Made by a program: the position numbers and the translations under genes. Positions 46,209 to 64,000 of a stretch of DNA of 64,000 nucleotides are shown in pieces. How positions within the stretch are numbered: position 1 is the stretch's first letter; every line of letters begins with the position of its first letter. Source of the stretch: a virus. Location: IMG/VR virus record IMGVR_UViG_3300044568_002423, one strand, 5' to 3'. The notes beneath the pieces were generated by a model, which did not search any database, was not told the DNA's origin, and saw only the letters and a list, made by a program, of their open reading frames with translations.

Positions 46209-47141
46209 CTATGCTTCGTAATTTCTCGCAAGCCGAATCAACACGGCAGCCAAATTAATTTCTGGATCAATAACCAAGGTATGGTCAACTAATCCTTGTT
46301 TGATAATAAGAATGGCATTATCTTGTTTCTCATCAGTATCCCCGAGCAATTCTAGATTATTATATAACCATCGATAAATTTCTTCCATCTCTTCTGGTCT
46401 AGCTTGACTACATATTAGTTTCCTAGCATCTGTTATTTTACCAGATTTGAATAGATCTACCATTTCAATCTTATAATCTCCTCCAGTAGTATCAATAGCT
46501 TGGATGGTCAGTTCGCCATGTAGACTATTCAATTCACAATTATTAATACACTTACGCAAATCTGGATAAGATGCGTTAACAAATGTATCTAATGTATCTA
46601 AATCAAACTGCACATTTTCGGATAATAAAATGTTAGCTACTCTTGCGGTAAACTCATTGATATCCACTTTATCAACGTGAATAGACTGACATCGACTATG
46701 TATTGCCGGTATTATTCTATTTGGATAATTGCAAGTAAATATAAATCTGGCATATGCTTGGTAATCCACAATTAAACCACGCAATGCTGCTTGAGCAGAC
46801 AAAGAAAGGTAATCTGCTTCGTCAAGTAATACCACTTTAAACTCACCAAATGGAATCATTTGTATAAAGTTTGTGATTTTATCCCTAACATCGTCAACCG
46901 AATTAGTCCTCGATGCGTTTATCTCTAATAAATCAAGCGAATTAACACCAATTAGATTAATAAGAACATGGGCTAATGTTGTTTTACCAACTCCCGCACT
47001 TCCACTAAACAGCAAATGAGGTATAGATTTATCTTCATATACCCATTTATTAATTTGTTCTTTTTGATGTTCATCTTTAAATACAAACCCGTCTAATGTT
47101 GTTGGATTATATTTGTCGACCCATAGTTCTTTAGCTGCCAT
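46209..47141 (-). CDS. Clamp loader AAA+ subunit (T4 gp44/RFC-like)
   Basis: 'LWVDKY.P', GSAGVGKT, 'EINAS', 'LLDEAD', 'SRC', 'PDLR..IN'. Confidence 0.92.
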   Translation of the reverse strand: MAAKELWVDKYNPTTLDGFVFKDEHQKEQINKWVYEDKSIPHLLFSGSAGVGKTTLAHVLINLIGVNSLDLLEINASRTNSVDDVRDKITNFIQMIPFGEFKVVLLDEADYLSLSAQAALRGLIVDYQAYARFIFTCNYPNRIIPAIHSRCQSIHVDKVDINEFTARVANILLSENVQFDLDTLDTFVNASYPDLRKCINNCELNSLHGELTIQAIDTTGGDYKIEMVDLFKSGKITDARKLICSQARPEEMEEIYRWLYNNLELLGDTDEKQDNAILIIKQGLVDHTLVIDPEINLAAVLIRLARNYEA

Positions 47142-47165
47142 ATAACTTCCGGTTTATGGTTATTG

Positions 47166-47192
47166 AAAAATAAGCAGGAGAATTCCTGCTTA
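47166..47192 (-). terminator. Intrinsic terminator after groES
   Basis: TAAGCAGGA-N4-TCCTGCTTA followed by TTTTT on the minus strand. Confidence 0.7.
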
Positions 47193-47199
47193 ATATATT

Positions 47200-47589
47200 T
47201 TAATACATTGGTTGACTAAAATCAAATGTTTGTGTTGTTTGTTGATTTGATTGCCCCAAATACGCATCTGTTGGGCATTCATCACTAATCATCATTATAG
47301 ATTTATTTTCCACACGACGAACTTCTATTTCTTCACCATCTGGTGTCTTGATCGTAATTCCTCGTGTCCATCTGCCATGTTCTACAAGTATCCAATCACC
47401 GACATTTACATCAGTTTGTATTTTACCAACCGCATATACCTTAGCCCATCTGGGTTTTATCCCTTCACTTTTGCCATTGTCGCTATTGATAATAATACCA
47501 CTGGCGGTCTTTTGTTCGGCAAAGTTCATTCCAGTGACCAGTATACCATCTTGAATTGGTGTTAATTTATTACATGTTATAGCAGTCAT
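47200..47589 (-). CDS. groES: Co-chaperonin GroES-like
   Basis: 'P..D.ILV......KTASGIII', 'V.AVG', 'V.VGD.IL'. Confidence 0.85.
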   Translation of the reverse strand: MTAITCNKLTPIQDGILVTGMNFAEQKTASGIIINSDNGKSEGIKPRWAKVYAVGKIQTDVNVGDWILVEHGRWTRGITIKTPDGEEIEVRRVENKSIMMISDECPTDAYLGQSNQQTTQTFDFSQPMY

Positions 47590-47894
47590 TATTCACCTAA
47601 TTGGTCAGTACTTTTGGCTGATGTTTTTATTGGTCGTGCAACTTGTTCAACAGGTAGATTAGGGACTTCTGCCGCTACTTTGCGAGAACGTATCTCATCT
47701 GGAATGTGTTGATCAGAAACGACCGATTCATCTTTCTTGCGAATAATTTTTCCACCAGGACCTAATTCATCACCTCTGGCATTGACTTTCACATTGCCAA
47801 CGGCCACTGTTAGTTCATTTTGATTCATTAACTTATTCATATCCACTTCTTTACCCTGCATTGAACGGTAAATTGCTTTTTGTTGTTCTTTCAT
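47589..47894 (-). CDS. Hypothetical protein
   Basis: 'MQGKEVDM...VGNV.VNARGDELGPGGKII'; TAATG-coupled to groES. Confidence 0.75.
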   Translation of the reverse strand: MKEQQKAIYRSMQGKEVDMNKLMNQNELTVAVGNVKVNARGDELGPGGKIIRKKDESVVSDQHIPDEIRSRKVAAEVPNLPVEQVARPIKTSAKSTDQLGE

Positions 47895-47916
47895 TAAATT
47901 CTCCTTATTGAGTTAC

Positions 47917-48420
47917 TTATCTTAAAAATTCTTGCCATTCTAATTTATATTTAATGCTGTGTATTTTATGAACACCTATTAGATATAAGACAAAACTAGC
48001 AACACTTGAACCTCTACCAACACCCCATACTATGTTATTTTCCATACAGGTATCAACGAAATATTTAAGCCATTGTAATAATCCAGTCATATTTCTAGTA
48101 GAAAATTGTTCTAATTCCTCAAATACCCTAGCTTTTTCCTCCACGGTAGAGCATTTTGATATACAATATGCTTGAATATCAAACTCATAATATTTTGAAG
48201 GCATGAACCATTTATTTTGATTAATAGTGTCCATTTCTGCAATTGATAAATCTTCCAATATGGGTGATAAAAAATTAGTATTGGTTATTGTTTCGAATTG
48301 AGTTATGTCTGGTGAGCGTTCCACCATAAGATCGGTAAGTTTCGACGTATGTCCCTGATACAGGAAATTAAATACGTCGACTTCGTTGAATATTGGGTTG
48401 TTAAATTTATCTAATCGCAT
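47917..48420 (-). CDS. dnaE: Stand-alone N-terminal palm fragment of DNA polymerase III alpha (split DnaE)
   Basis: 'RV.EEL..F', 'VWGVGRGSSVASFVLYLIG.H.I..IKY.L...EFL' match DnaE; the ORF ends just before the PDIDID catalytic motif. Confidence 0.8.
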   Translation of the reverse strand: MRLDKFNNPIFNEVDVFNFLYQGHTSKLTDLMVERSPDITQFETITNTNFLSPILEDLSIAEMDTINQNKWFMPSKYYEFDIQAYCISKCSTVEEKARVFEELEQFSTRNMTGLLQWLKYFVDTCMENNIVWGVGRGSSVASFVLYLIGVHKIHSIKYKLEWQEFLR

Positions 48421-48455
48421 TCAACTATTTTAGTTGATATTGATCAATTTGTCAA
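48421..48455 (-). promoter_or_regulatory. Sigma70-like promoter giving a probable leaderless dnaE-fragment mRNA
   Basis: TTGACA (48455-48450)-N17-TAAAAT (48432-48427); predicted +1 is the A of the ATG; palindrome TCAACTA-TTT-TAGTTGA over the -10. Confidence 0.6.
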
Positions 48456-48660
48456 GTCCTTTTTCTCTATTTTCTAACATTTTTTGCCATTCATTTCTAC
48501 GGCGTTCGGCCAGTTCTTCCTTATAGGTATCCAATACCGATGCAATTTGATTTTGTAATTCAAAATTATTAGTCATAAAGTATTTCTTTCCTAATTCGCC
48601 AATCTTGAATTCAAGCTCCGCATCTTTAAAACTAGCTAAGTTGTTAACCAATGGGTGCAT
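48430..48660 (-). CDS. Small hypothetical protein
   Basis: 76-aa coiled ORF 'MHPL...L.D.ELE.KI.EL.KKY'. Confidence 0.7.
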   Translation of the reverse strand: MHPLVNNLASFKDAELEFKIGELGKKYFMTNNFELQNQIASVLDTYKEELAERRRNEWQKMLENREKGLDKLININ

Positions 48661-49220
48661 TAAAATTCACCCAAATACCTAATATAAACATGTGTTCCAT
48701 GATCATAGCTCCATGCTTCTATAACTCTATGTTTACCATTTATATTCAATATATTTGGGCTAGGATATGTTCCTTCATATACCATAGTTCCAGCATTTAC
48801 TGTGGTTAGAGCTGGTGTTCTTGCAGAGACTGTGTCGCTCTTAAGATGAACTCTTACTAAGGCATATTGATTAATAACTGGCCAATTGTTAAATCGTAAA
48901 GTGGCGTTGCCCGTCAGTGTGAATACCTGAAAGGGACCGTTGTTCAAGTCAATATCGGCAGATGAATTAACTGTTTCAGTGTGAACTGCCCCGTATAATT
49001 TATTGTATATACCATTACTAACGGTGGCTCCTAGTAAATTATTAACTATCCCAGCACCCATTTTAACTGATGTTGTTTGTAAATCTGTTATTTCGCTCTT
49101 TGCGATTTCCAATCCAGATTTTATAACGGAGAAATTATCTCTAAATCCTTGTGTGTTGTTGTCCTGTCCGGCAACTGGGTACGCAGCATCAATTGCTGAA
49201 AATTCTATATTACTACTCAT
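48660..49220 (-). CDS. Virion structural protein
   Basis: 'ID..YPVAGQDN.TQGFRDNF..IK..L..A..EI..LQ' N-terminus and beta-rich C-terminus; GATAAATA at 49258-49251. Confidence 0.6.
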   Translation of the reverse strand: MSSNIEFSAIDAAYPVAGQDNNTQGFRDNFSVIKSGLEIAKSEITDLQTTSVKMGAGIVNNLLGATVSNGIYNKLYGAVHTETVNSSADIDLNNGPFQVFTLTGNATLRFNNWPVINQYALVRVHLKSDTVSARTPALTTVNAGTMVYEGTYPSPNILNINGKHRVIEAWSYDHGTHVYIRYLGEF

Positions 49221-51673
49221 ATTGTTATCCTATCGTTTTTAAATACAAGATATTTATCGCTTGTATCACCATCGACCGCATCTATTATAAATCGGTCGGT
49301 GGTGTAATCCAACATCTTAAAATCAAATCCACTATACTTGATATTTAAGATAATATCATCAGCCATCCCAACTTTGCAATAACAAAGAGGAACAGCTAAG
49401 GTAAACCCTAATTCTGTTTTCGTTCCTGGTTGAATTGATCTCATCCATAATGGCAAATAATTTCGCTCTGTTTCTCCTACCATCTTCAATCTATCTCGCC
49501 AATTTGAAATACTATTTGGGAAATACGTATTGGGATTTGGATTTGACACCATATAACCACGGCTATCTACAGTTACTAACGGGTTTGGTCTAGGCGCAGC
49601 CGGGGCACTTTTAGAGAGTTCATCAAGGGTCCGGCTCCATAAAGAAGTACTATTATCAACAGTCACCACTGGGGTTTGTAAACCTCGTGTAATCTCCATC
49701 GGCAACCTTTTGTTGTTTGGTTCTAATGGATCAATCATTTCAATGTATATCACTTCATATATTTGATCAGTCGTTCCAGTATTAACAGCAGTTGCTTTTT
49801 TAACTGTTCCAAATTGAAATCTTTTTCTTTTATGATTAAGTCCCATTGCTCCTACATACTTAGCAGCGTCAGTCGTCTCTATTCCAGCATATACCACCAT
49901 AGATAATTCTGTCTGTACACCGAAGTTTGAATCATTAAGCCTGTATATGCTAGCAGAAGTAAATATCGAATTGTCATTGATGAAATTCTTCCACATATCA
50001 CGTTGAGAAATTTTCAGTAATGGCTTTGTTCTTATATTACTATAAGCAATTTGATTCGGGGTAGCTACCAGTATGGTGAATGTACGCTCGATCGCACTGT
50101 ATCCACTACGATCACGTGCCTCAATGGTGACGTTGTATAATCTATCAAATGAAATATTACCGCCATCAAACACGGTAGTATTCATAGTGTAATCAAACGT
50201 TGTCAGACCGACCGTATTTGTTAAATTATTAGAAAACTGATTAACAGTTCCAATAATTTCGCCATCTAACGCTAATGTTAACCCATTTGGCAAGCTACCG
50301 GCGGTTATTTTATATAACATAACTGCATTTGTTATTGTACTGGTAGCTTGTACTTTTAGGTTCACGACATAATTTGCATTAATAGATCCTAAATCTGCTG
50401 GAGTATTCCACGTAAGAACACTGTCTATTTCCCCAACCAATTGAACTGTGAATGTCCTAGGAGTATACGCTGAATCTACCCCATCATCACTAAATCTAGT
50501 AGCAATTATTGTAAATCTATATGTTTCAGTAATAGCCGGTTGATACGGAATTCTACCATATACCTCCGCCGTATCGTAATCAAATGTCATTCCAGGAGGA
50601 AACCCATATACTCCCCATTTAGTGGTGTCTATAGATAACCCAGAAGTATGTGCCGATATACAGATATATGTTTTATCACCCGCTACTATCAAATCATTAA
50701 TAGCATACGATGTCAACGGTAGCCACTCCTGGGTAGCTTCGGCCACACTAAATGTCACTAAATCATTTTTATCATAAGTATCTAAGAATAGTACAAGATA
50801 GTTGTTAGCTCTATATAATCCCAAATAACTTTTGGTGACCCATATGGGCGCTCGTAAATAGGACACGTCTGCAGTAAATATACCCGTAGTGGTGATCATG
50901 GTCGCATTATCGGCTCTAAAGTAATCATCGCCTACTACAAATATACTAAATGTACGTTTGGCTATTGAATCGCCGTCTGTGATTGTAATTGTAAATTGAT
51001 AATTTCTGTTAAGTTTCTTTGGTCTAAATGCAGGTAAACTAAAATCAAAATCTACGGTATCGTATATATAACTGTCGTATCCGTTAGTTGACCGTAAACC
51101 AAAGTCATATGCCACTACATCGTAGTAACCAGTATCGTAATTCCCATTTCCGTCCTCGGGTTTTATAGAAATTACTGGTTTTACAAACCCAACTAACCTA
51201 CCATCTTCAGTTAGAGTCAACCCGGGCGGTAATTCACCTTCATCGTCGGCTATAAAAAAACTTAAATGTTGTCCGGTTGCGGTATCATAATCAAATGCTT
51301 CTATTTGGTATTCGACATATGTACTATCTAGGACAAAATATTGTCTATATAGACCAATGTCCAAGTTTCCTGCTGCGGTGGTAAATGTTGGAGCATCAGC
51401 ACCTTCAATAGTTATATCAAATGTCCTGTCAGAAATTTCAAAATTCCTAGTAGCTCTTATACAGAATGAAAAAATAGTCTCTCTTGAAACTTCAAATGGC
51501 GTACCAATTATATGATTTCCATTAATTCTAAGTCCTGGCGGAAGCTCTCCGGAAATAACAGAATATGAAACATCAGTATCATTCTCTACTGGTAATAACT
51601 GATTAAAATTACTACGTTCTTGAAATATACCAAATGAATATCCGGATCGTTGTGTCCATACCGTCAATGCCAT
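49217..51673 (-). CDS. Baseplate protein with putative Ig (He_PIG-like) repeats and a CBM-like module
   Basis: Repeated 'G.LP.GL.L...G.I.G' units; 'W.P.TSY..NDL.....YIC..AHTS' module; C-terminal 'LPLWMRS.Q...LGF.LA.PLCY'. Confidence 0.7.
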   Translation of the reverse strand: MALTVWTQRSGYSFGIFQERSNFNQLLPVENDTDVSYSVISGELPPGLRINGNHIIGTPFEVSRETIFSFCIRATRNFEISDRTFDITIEGADAPTFTTAAGNLDIGLYRQYFVLDSTYVEYQIEAFDYDTATGQHLSFFIADDEGELPPGLTLTEDGRLVGFVKPVISIKPEDGNGNYDTGYYDVVAYDFGLRSTNGYDSYIYDTVDFDFSLPAFRPKKLNRNYQFTITITDGDSIAKRTFSIFVVGDDYFRADNATMITTTGIFTADVSYLRAPIWVTKSYLGLYRANNYLVLFLDTYDKNDLVTFSVAEATQEWLPLTSYAINDLIVAGDKTYICISAHTSGLSIDTTKWGVYGFPPGMTFDYDTAEVYGRIPYQPAITETYRFTIIATRFSDDGVDSAYTPRTFTVQLVGEIDSVLTWNTPADLGSINANYVVNLKVQATSTITNAVMLYKITAGSLPNGLTLALDGEIIGTVNQFSNNLTNTVGLTTFDYTMNTTVFDGGNISFDRLYNVTIEARDRSGYSAIERTFTILVATPNQIAYSNIRTKPLLKISQRDMWKNFINDNSIFTSASIYRLNDSNFGVQTELSMVVYAGIETTDAAKYVGAMGLNHKRKRFQFGTVKKATAVNTGTTDQIYEVIYIEMIDPLEPNNKRLPMEITRGLQTPVVTVDNSTSLWSRTLDELSKSAPAAPRPNPLVTVDSRGYMVSNPNPNTYFPNSISNWRDRLKMVGETERNYLPLWMRSIQPGTKTELGFTLAVPLCYCKVGMADDIILNIKYSGFDFKMLDYTTDRFIIDAVDGDTSDKYLVFKNDRITI

Positions 51674-51684
51674 TCTAATTCCCG

Positions 51685-52248
51685 TTAATCAACTTCTGGG
51701 ACAAATAACCCAAAATTGATATTGTTATTGTTTGGATCTAAAAAAACCCCCATATCAAGTATGTATCCACCCTCATTTAGATCATATCCGGTTGGTGTTA
51801 GAAAATACCCCATATTAATTGATAGGTTGTTCGATTCGAAAATTAATGCCACCAATGAATTTAATAATGGTATATCTACATTCCATATTTTGGATTCCAC
51901 ACCTCCACCATCAATGGCCTTTATAGTATAACCATTAAGACCTAAATCACCACCAAGCATTGGCGCGGTATCTTCTTCAACTCTAGTTACCGCATGTAAA
52001 TCCACCATAGTGGCAGATGATGTAATGGTGACGCTAGCATCCATACTAGTAAGTGTTTTAAACTCTAAATATGGATCAGTAGCATTTTTCTGTGCAAAAA
52101 TATGCGTACCTGTACCGAGGTTTGTGCCGTTTGTTACCTCAAATCTAAGTACGTCAAAGTTAGCATTAACTTTTTCAAATGCGGTTCTTAGATCGTCCCC
52201 AGTGCCATCATTTGCATAGCTACCTAAATTAATTGTCTGTATCGTCAT
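51685..52248 (-). CDS. Structural protein with gp9/gp10-like N-terminal motif
   Basis: 'INLG..ANDGTGD.LR.AF.KVN.NF' resembles the T4 gp10 N-terminus. Confidence 0.7.
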   Translation of the reverse strand: MTIQTINLGSYANDGTGDDLRTAFEKVNANFDVLRFEVTNGTNLGTGTHIFAQKNATDPYLEFKTLTSMDASVTITSSATMVDLHAVTRVEEDTAPMLGGDLGLNGYTIKAIDGGGVESKIWNVDIPLLNSLVALIFESNNLSINMGYFLTPTGYDLNEGGYILDMGVFLDPNNNNINFGLFVPEVD

Positions 52249-52250
52249 TA

Positions 52251-52283
52251 TAATTCCTTCTTATTAGTATTTATCAAGGATTA
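52251..52283 (-). promoter_or_regulatory. Late promoter GATAAATA in the loop of an SD-sequestering hairpin
   Basis: Minus strand TAATCCTT-GATAAATACTAATAAG-AAGGAATTA-TA-ATG. Confidence 0.55.
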
Positions 52284-52343
52284 CTAACCGTAGCGATTAG
52301 CCAAAGTATACTCTATATTAATTATTGCTAATTATGCCCCAGT

Positions 52344-52723
52344 TCATCCGCCCAATGCCTTAACTGCTGCTGCTAATCTGTCGATAGCTACCTGTATTGT
52401 AGTAGGAGGAGTTCCTGACCAATCACTCGCAGTTGTTGGAGAATATGATACTGTTCCGCCAGTAGGCACTGGGCTAGCATCAACCCAACTAGCGTCGAAA
52501 TATATGTAAAGTCTACCACTGGCAGTGTCGTACCATAGGTCACCAGGAACTGGGATGCTTGGTGGCGTAACCCCTTCAGTTACATTTGCGCCACCACCGC
52601 CGCCTGCTTCTATTGATGCGTATAATTCTGTAAAGTTTTGATTTACTTTGTTGAAAGCAGAGCGGATTGGATCTCCGCTCTTATCATTTGGTGAAATACC
52701 TATGTTAATTACTTGCTTTGCCA

Positions 52724-52724
<1 letters not shown>
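52344..52724 (-). CDS. Small structural protein with gp9/gp10-like N-terminal motif
   Basis: 'INIG..PND.SGD.IR.AF.KVN.NF.ELY'; 'GDLWYD...GRLYIY...WV'. Confidence 0.7.
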
Positions 52725-63145
<10,421 letters not shown>

Positions 63146-63164
63146 TCAAATCTGATTGTTATGG

Positions 63165-63201
63165 TATTTATCAATAGGGTTTTGTAATCTTAATGTAAAT
63201 A
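63165..63201. promoter_or_regulatory. Divergent late-type promoters
   Basis: GATAAATA on minus (63172-63165) and TGTAAATA on plus (63194-63201). Confidence 0.55.
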
Positions 63202-63205
63202 CAAT

Positions 63206-63493
63206 ATGTTTATAAAACAAGATTACGTATCTACTGAATATCAACGAATGAGTAAATTAGGAATAATACATACTTATTTTCGAAAAAAAGAGATTATTAC
63301 GTTTAAATGTGATAGTTGTGGGGAGATTTTTACTCGTGAAAGAGGCAATATGGCTGCTAAACGAATATCTAACAATTTCTATCACGTATGTAATAACTGC
63401 GATGTTAAGAGATTTGCGCAACAAAAAGGTGTAGAAAATAAACATGTATGGGATTTACCAGTAAGTAGTCTTAAGACCATAGATCAATTATAA
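63206..63493 (+). CDS. Small C4 zinc-finger protein
   Basis: CDSC...CNNC. Confidence 0.75.
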   Translation: MFIKQDYVSTEYQRMSKLGIIHTYFRKKEIITFKCDSCGEIFTRERGNMAAKRISNNFYHVCNNCDVKRFAQQKGVENKHVWDLPVSSLKTIDQL

Positions 63494-63496
63494 ATA
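63489..63496 (+). promoter_or_regulatory. T4-type late promoter TATAAATA
   Basis: Exact consensus upstream of GAGGAG SD and ATG 63515. Confidence 0.6.
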
Positions 63497-63514
63497 ACCA
63501 ATAGAGGAGATATT

Positions 63515-63859
63515 ATGTTTAAATTTATAAAAGCATTACTTGGATTTACGGAAGTTGAAACTAAACCAACACCACATTTTAAAAGAGTTAACAAACCAAA
63601 AGTACTTGAAGAACCGATTAAGAAACCACGTGCCAAAAAGATCGCACCAGTAGTAATTGAGGAACCGATTAAGAAACCACGTGCCAAAAAGATCGCACCA
63701 GTAGTAATTGAGGAACCGATTAAGAAACCACGTGCTAAAAAAGTCGTACCAGTAGTAATTGAGGAACCGATTAAGAAACCACGTGCTAAAAAAGTCGTAC
63801 CAGTAGTAATTGAGGAACCTATTGTTAAAAAACGAGGAAGACCAAAAAAATCAGTATAA
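63515..63859 (+). CDS. Basic repeat protein with C-terminal AT-hook (H1/HMGA-like)
   Basis: Four copies of EEPIKKPRAKK(I/V)(A/V)PVVI; 'KKRGRPKK'; amphipathic N-terminus. Confidence 0.75.
   Translation: MFKFIKALLGFTEVETKPTPHFKRVNKPKVLEEPIKKPRAKKIAPVVIEEPIKKPRAKKIAPVVIEEPIKKPRAKKVVPVVIEEPIKKPRAKKVVPVVIEEPIVKKRGRPKKSV
63608..63823 (+). repeat. 51-bp coding tandem repeat, 4 copies plus a partial
   Basis: Units start at 63608, 63659, 63710, 63761 and 63812. Confidence 0.9.
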
Positions 63860-63860
63860 T

Positions 63861-63886
63861 AAAAAGGGCCTCACGGGCCCTTTTTT
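63861..63886. terminator. Bidirectional intrinsic terminator
   Basis: AAAAAGGGCC-TCACG-GGCCCTTTTTT. Confidence 0.85.
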
Positions 63887-63999
63887 CTATCATCTAGTGA
63901 ATATATTTCTTCAGTTAATTTTCTAATTGTCAATAGCAGTTCCTGAACAAGTACATATTCATCTCGTTGATATTCAATCAGTTTAGTTATAGTATGCAT
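63871..63999 (-). CDS. 3' end of a gene entering from beyond the window
   Basis: Open frame MHTITKLIEYQRDEY...DDRKKGP* reaching the window edge. Confidence 0.45.
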   Translation of the reverse strand: MHTITKLIEYQRDEYVLVQELLLTIRKLTEEIYSLDDRKKGP

Positions 64000-64000
64000 A

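Noticed and set aside
38568-47589. Bacterial chromosome or contaminating host DNA
   Set aside because: clpA, dnaJ, phoH and groES are interleaved with phage lysis and T4-like replication genes, with uniform composition and phage-type promoters.
63608-63823. CRISPR array
   Set aside because: Contiguous 51-bp units with no unique spacers, in frame within a CDS.

Overview
AT-rich, densely coding 64-kb segment of a large T4-like ('jumbo') tailed phage with a Gram-negative host (spanins, lipoproteins, perfect sigma70 promoters). It uses the standard genetic code. Layout: 1-16.7 kb (+) baseplate/tail-fibre genes, including two tandem fibre paralogues with nearly identical 3' ends. 16.9-32 kb (-) early/middle genes: MoxR AAA+ and vWA/metallopeptidase pair, 5'-3' exonuclease, amino-methyltransferase, sliding clamp, family B DNA polymerase. 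32.1 kb (+) HNH nuclease. 32.5-38.5 kb (-) late operon of probable capsid-internal proteins plus three coupled nucleotidyl-transferring enzymes. 38.5-45.2 kb (-) ClpA, DnaJ and a lysis cassette. Then phoH (+), and on (-) clamp loader, GroES, a split DnaE N-terminal piece and further structural genes ending in a ~3470-aa fibre with phycobiliprotein-like repeats. The window ends with a Zn-finger gene and an H1/AT-hook-like gene (+). Best candidate for an undescribed system: the translationally coupled Pol-beta NTase + ligase/capping-fold enzyme + HIGH nucleotidyltransferase module at 35.9-38.1 kb. A second theme is promoters placed inside inverted repeats, with hairpins that could gate translation. 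All calls come from reading motifs by eye; no database search was run.
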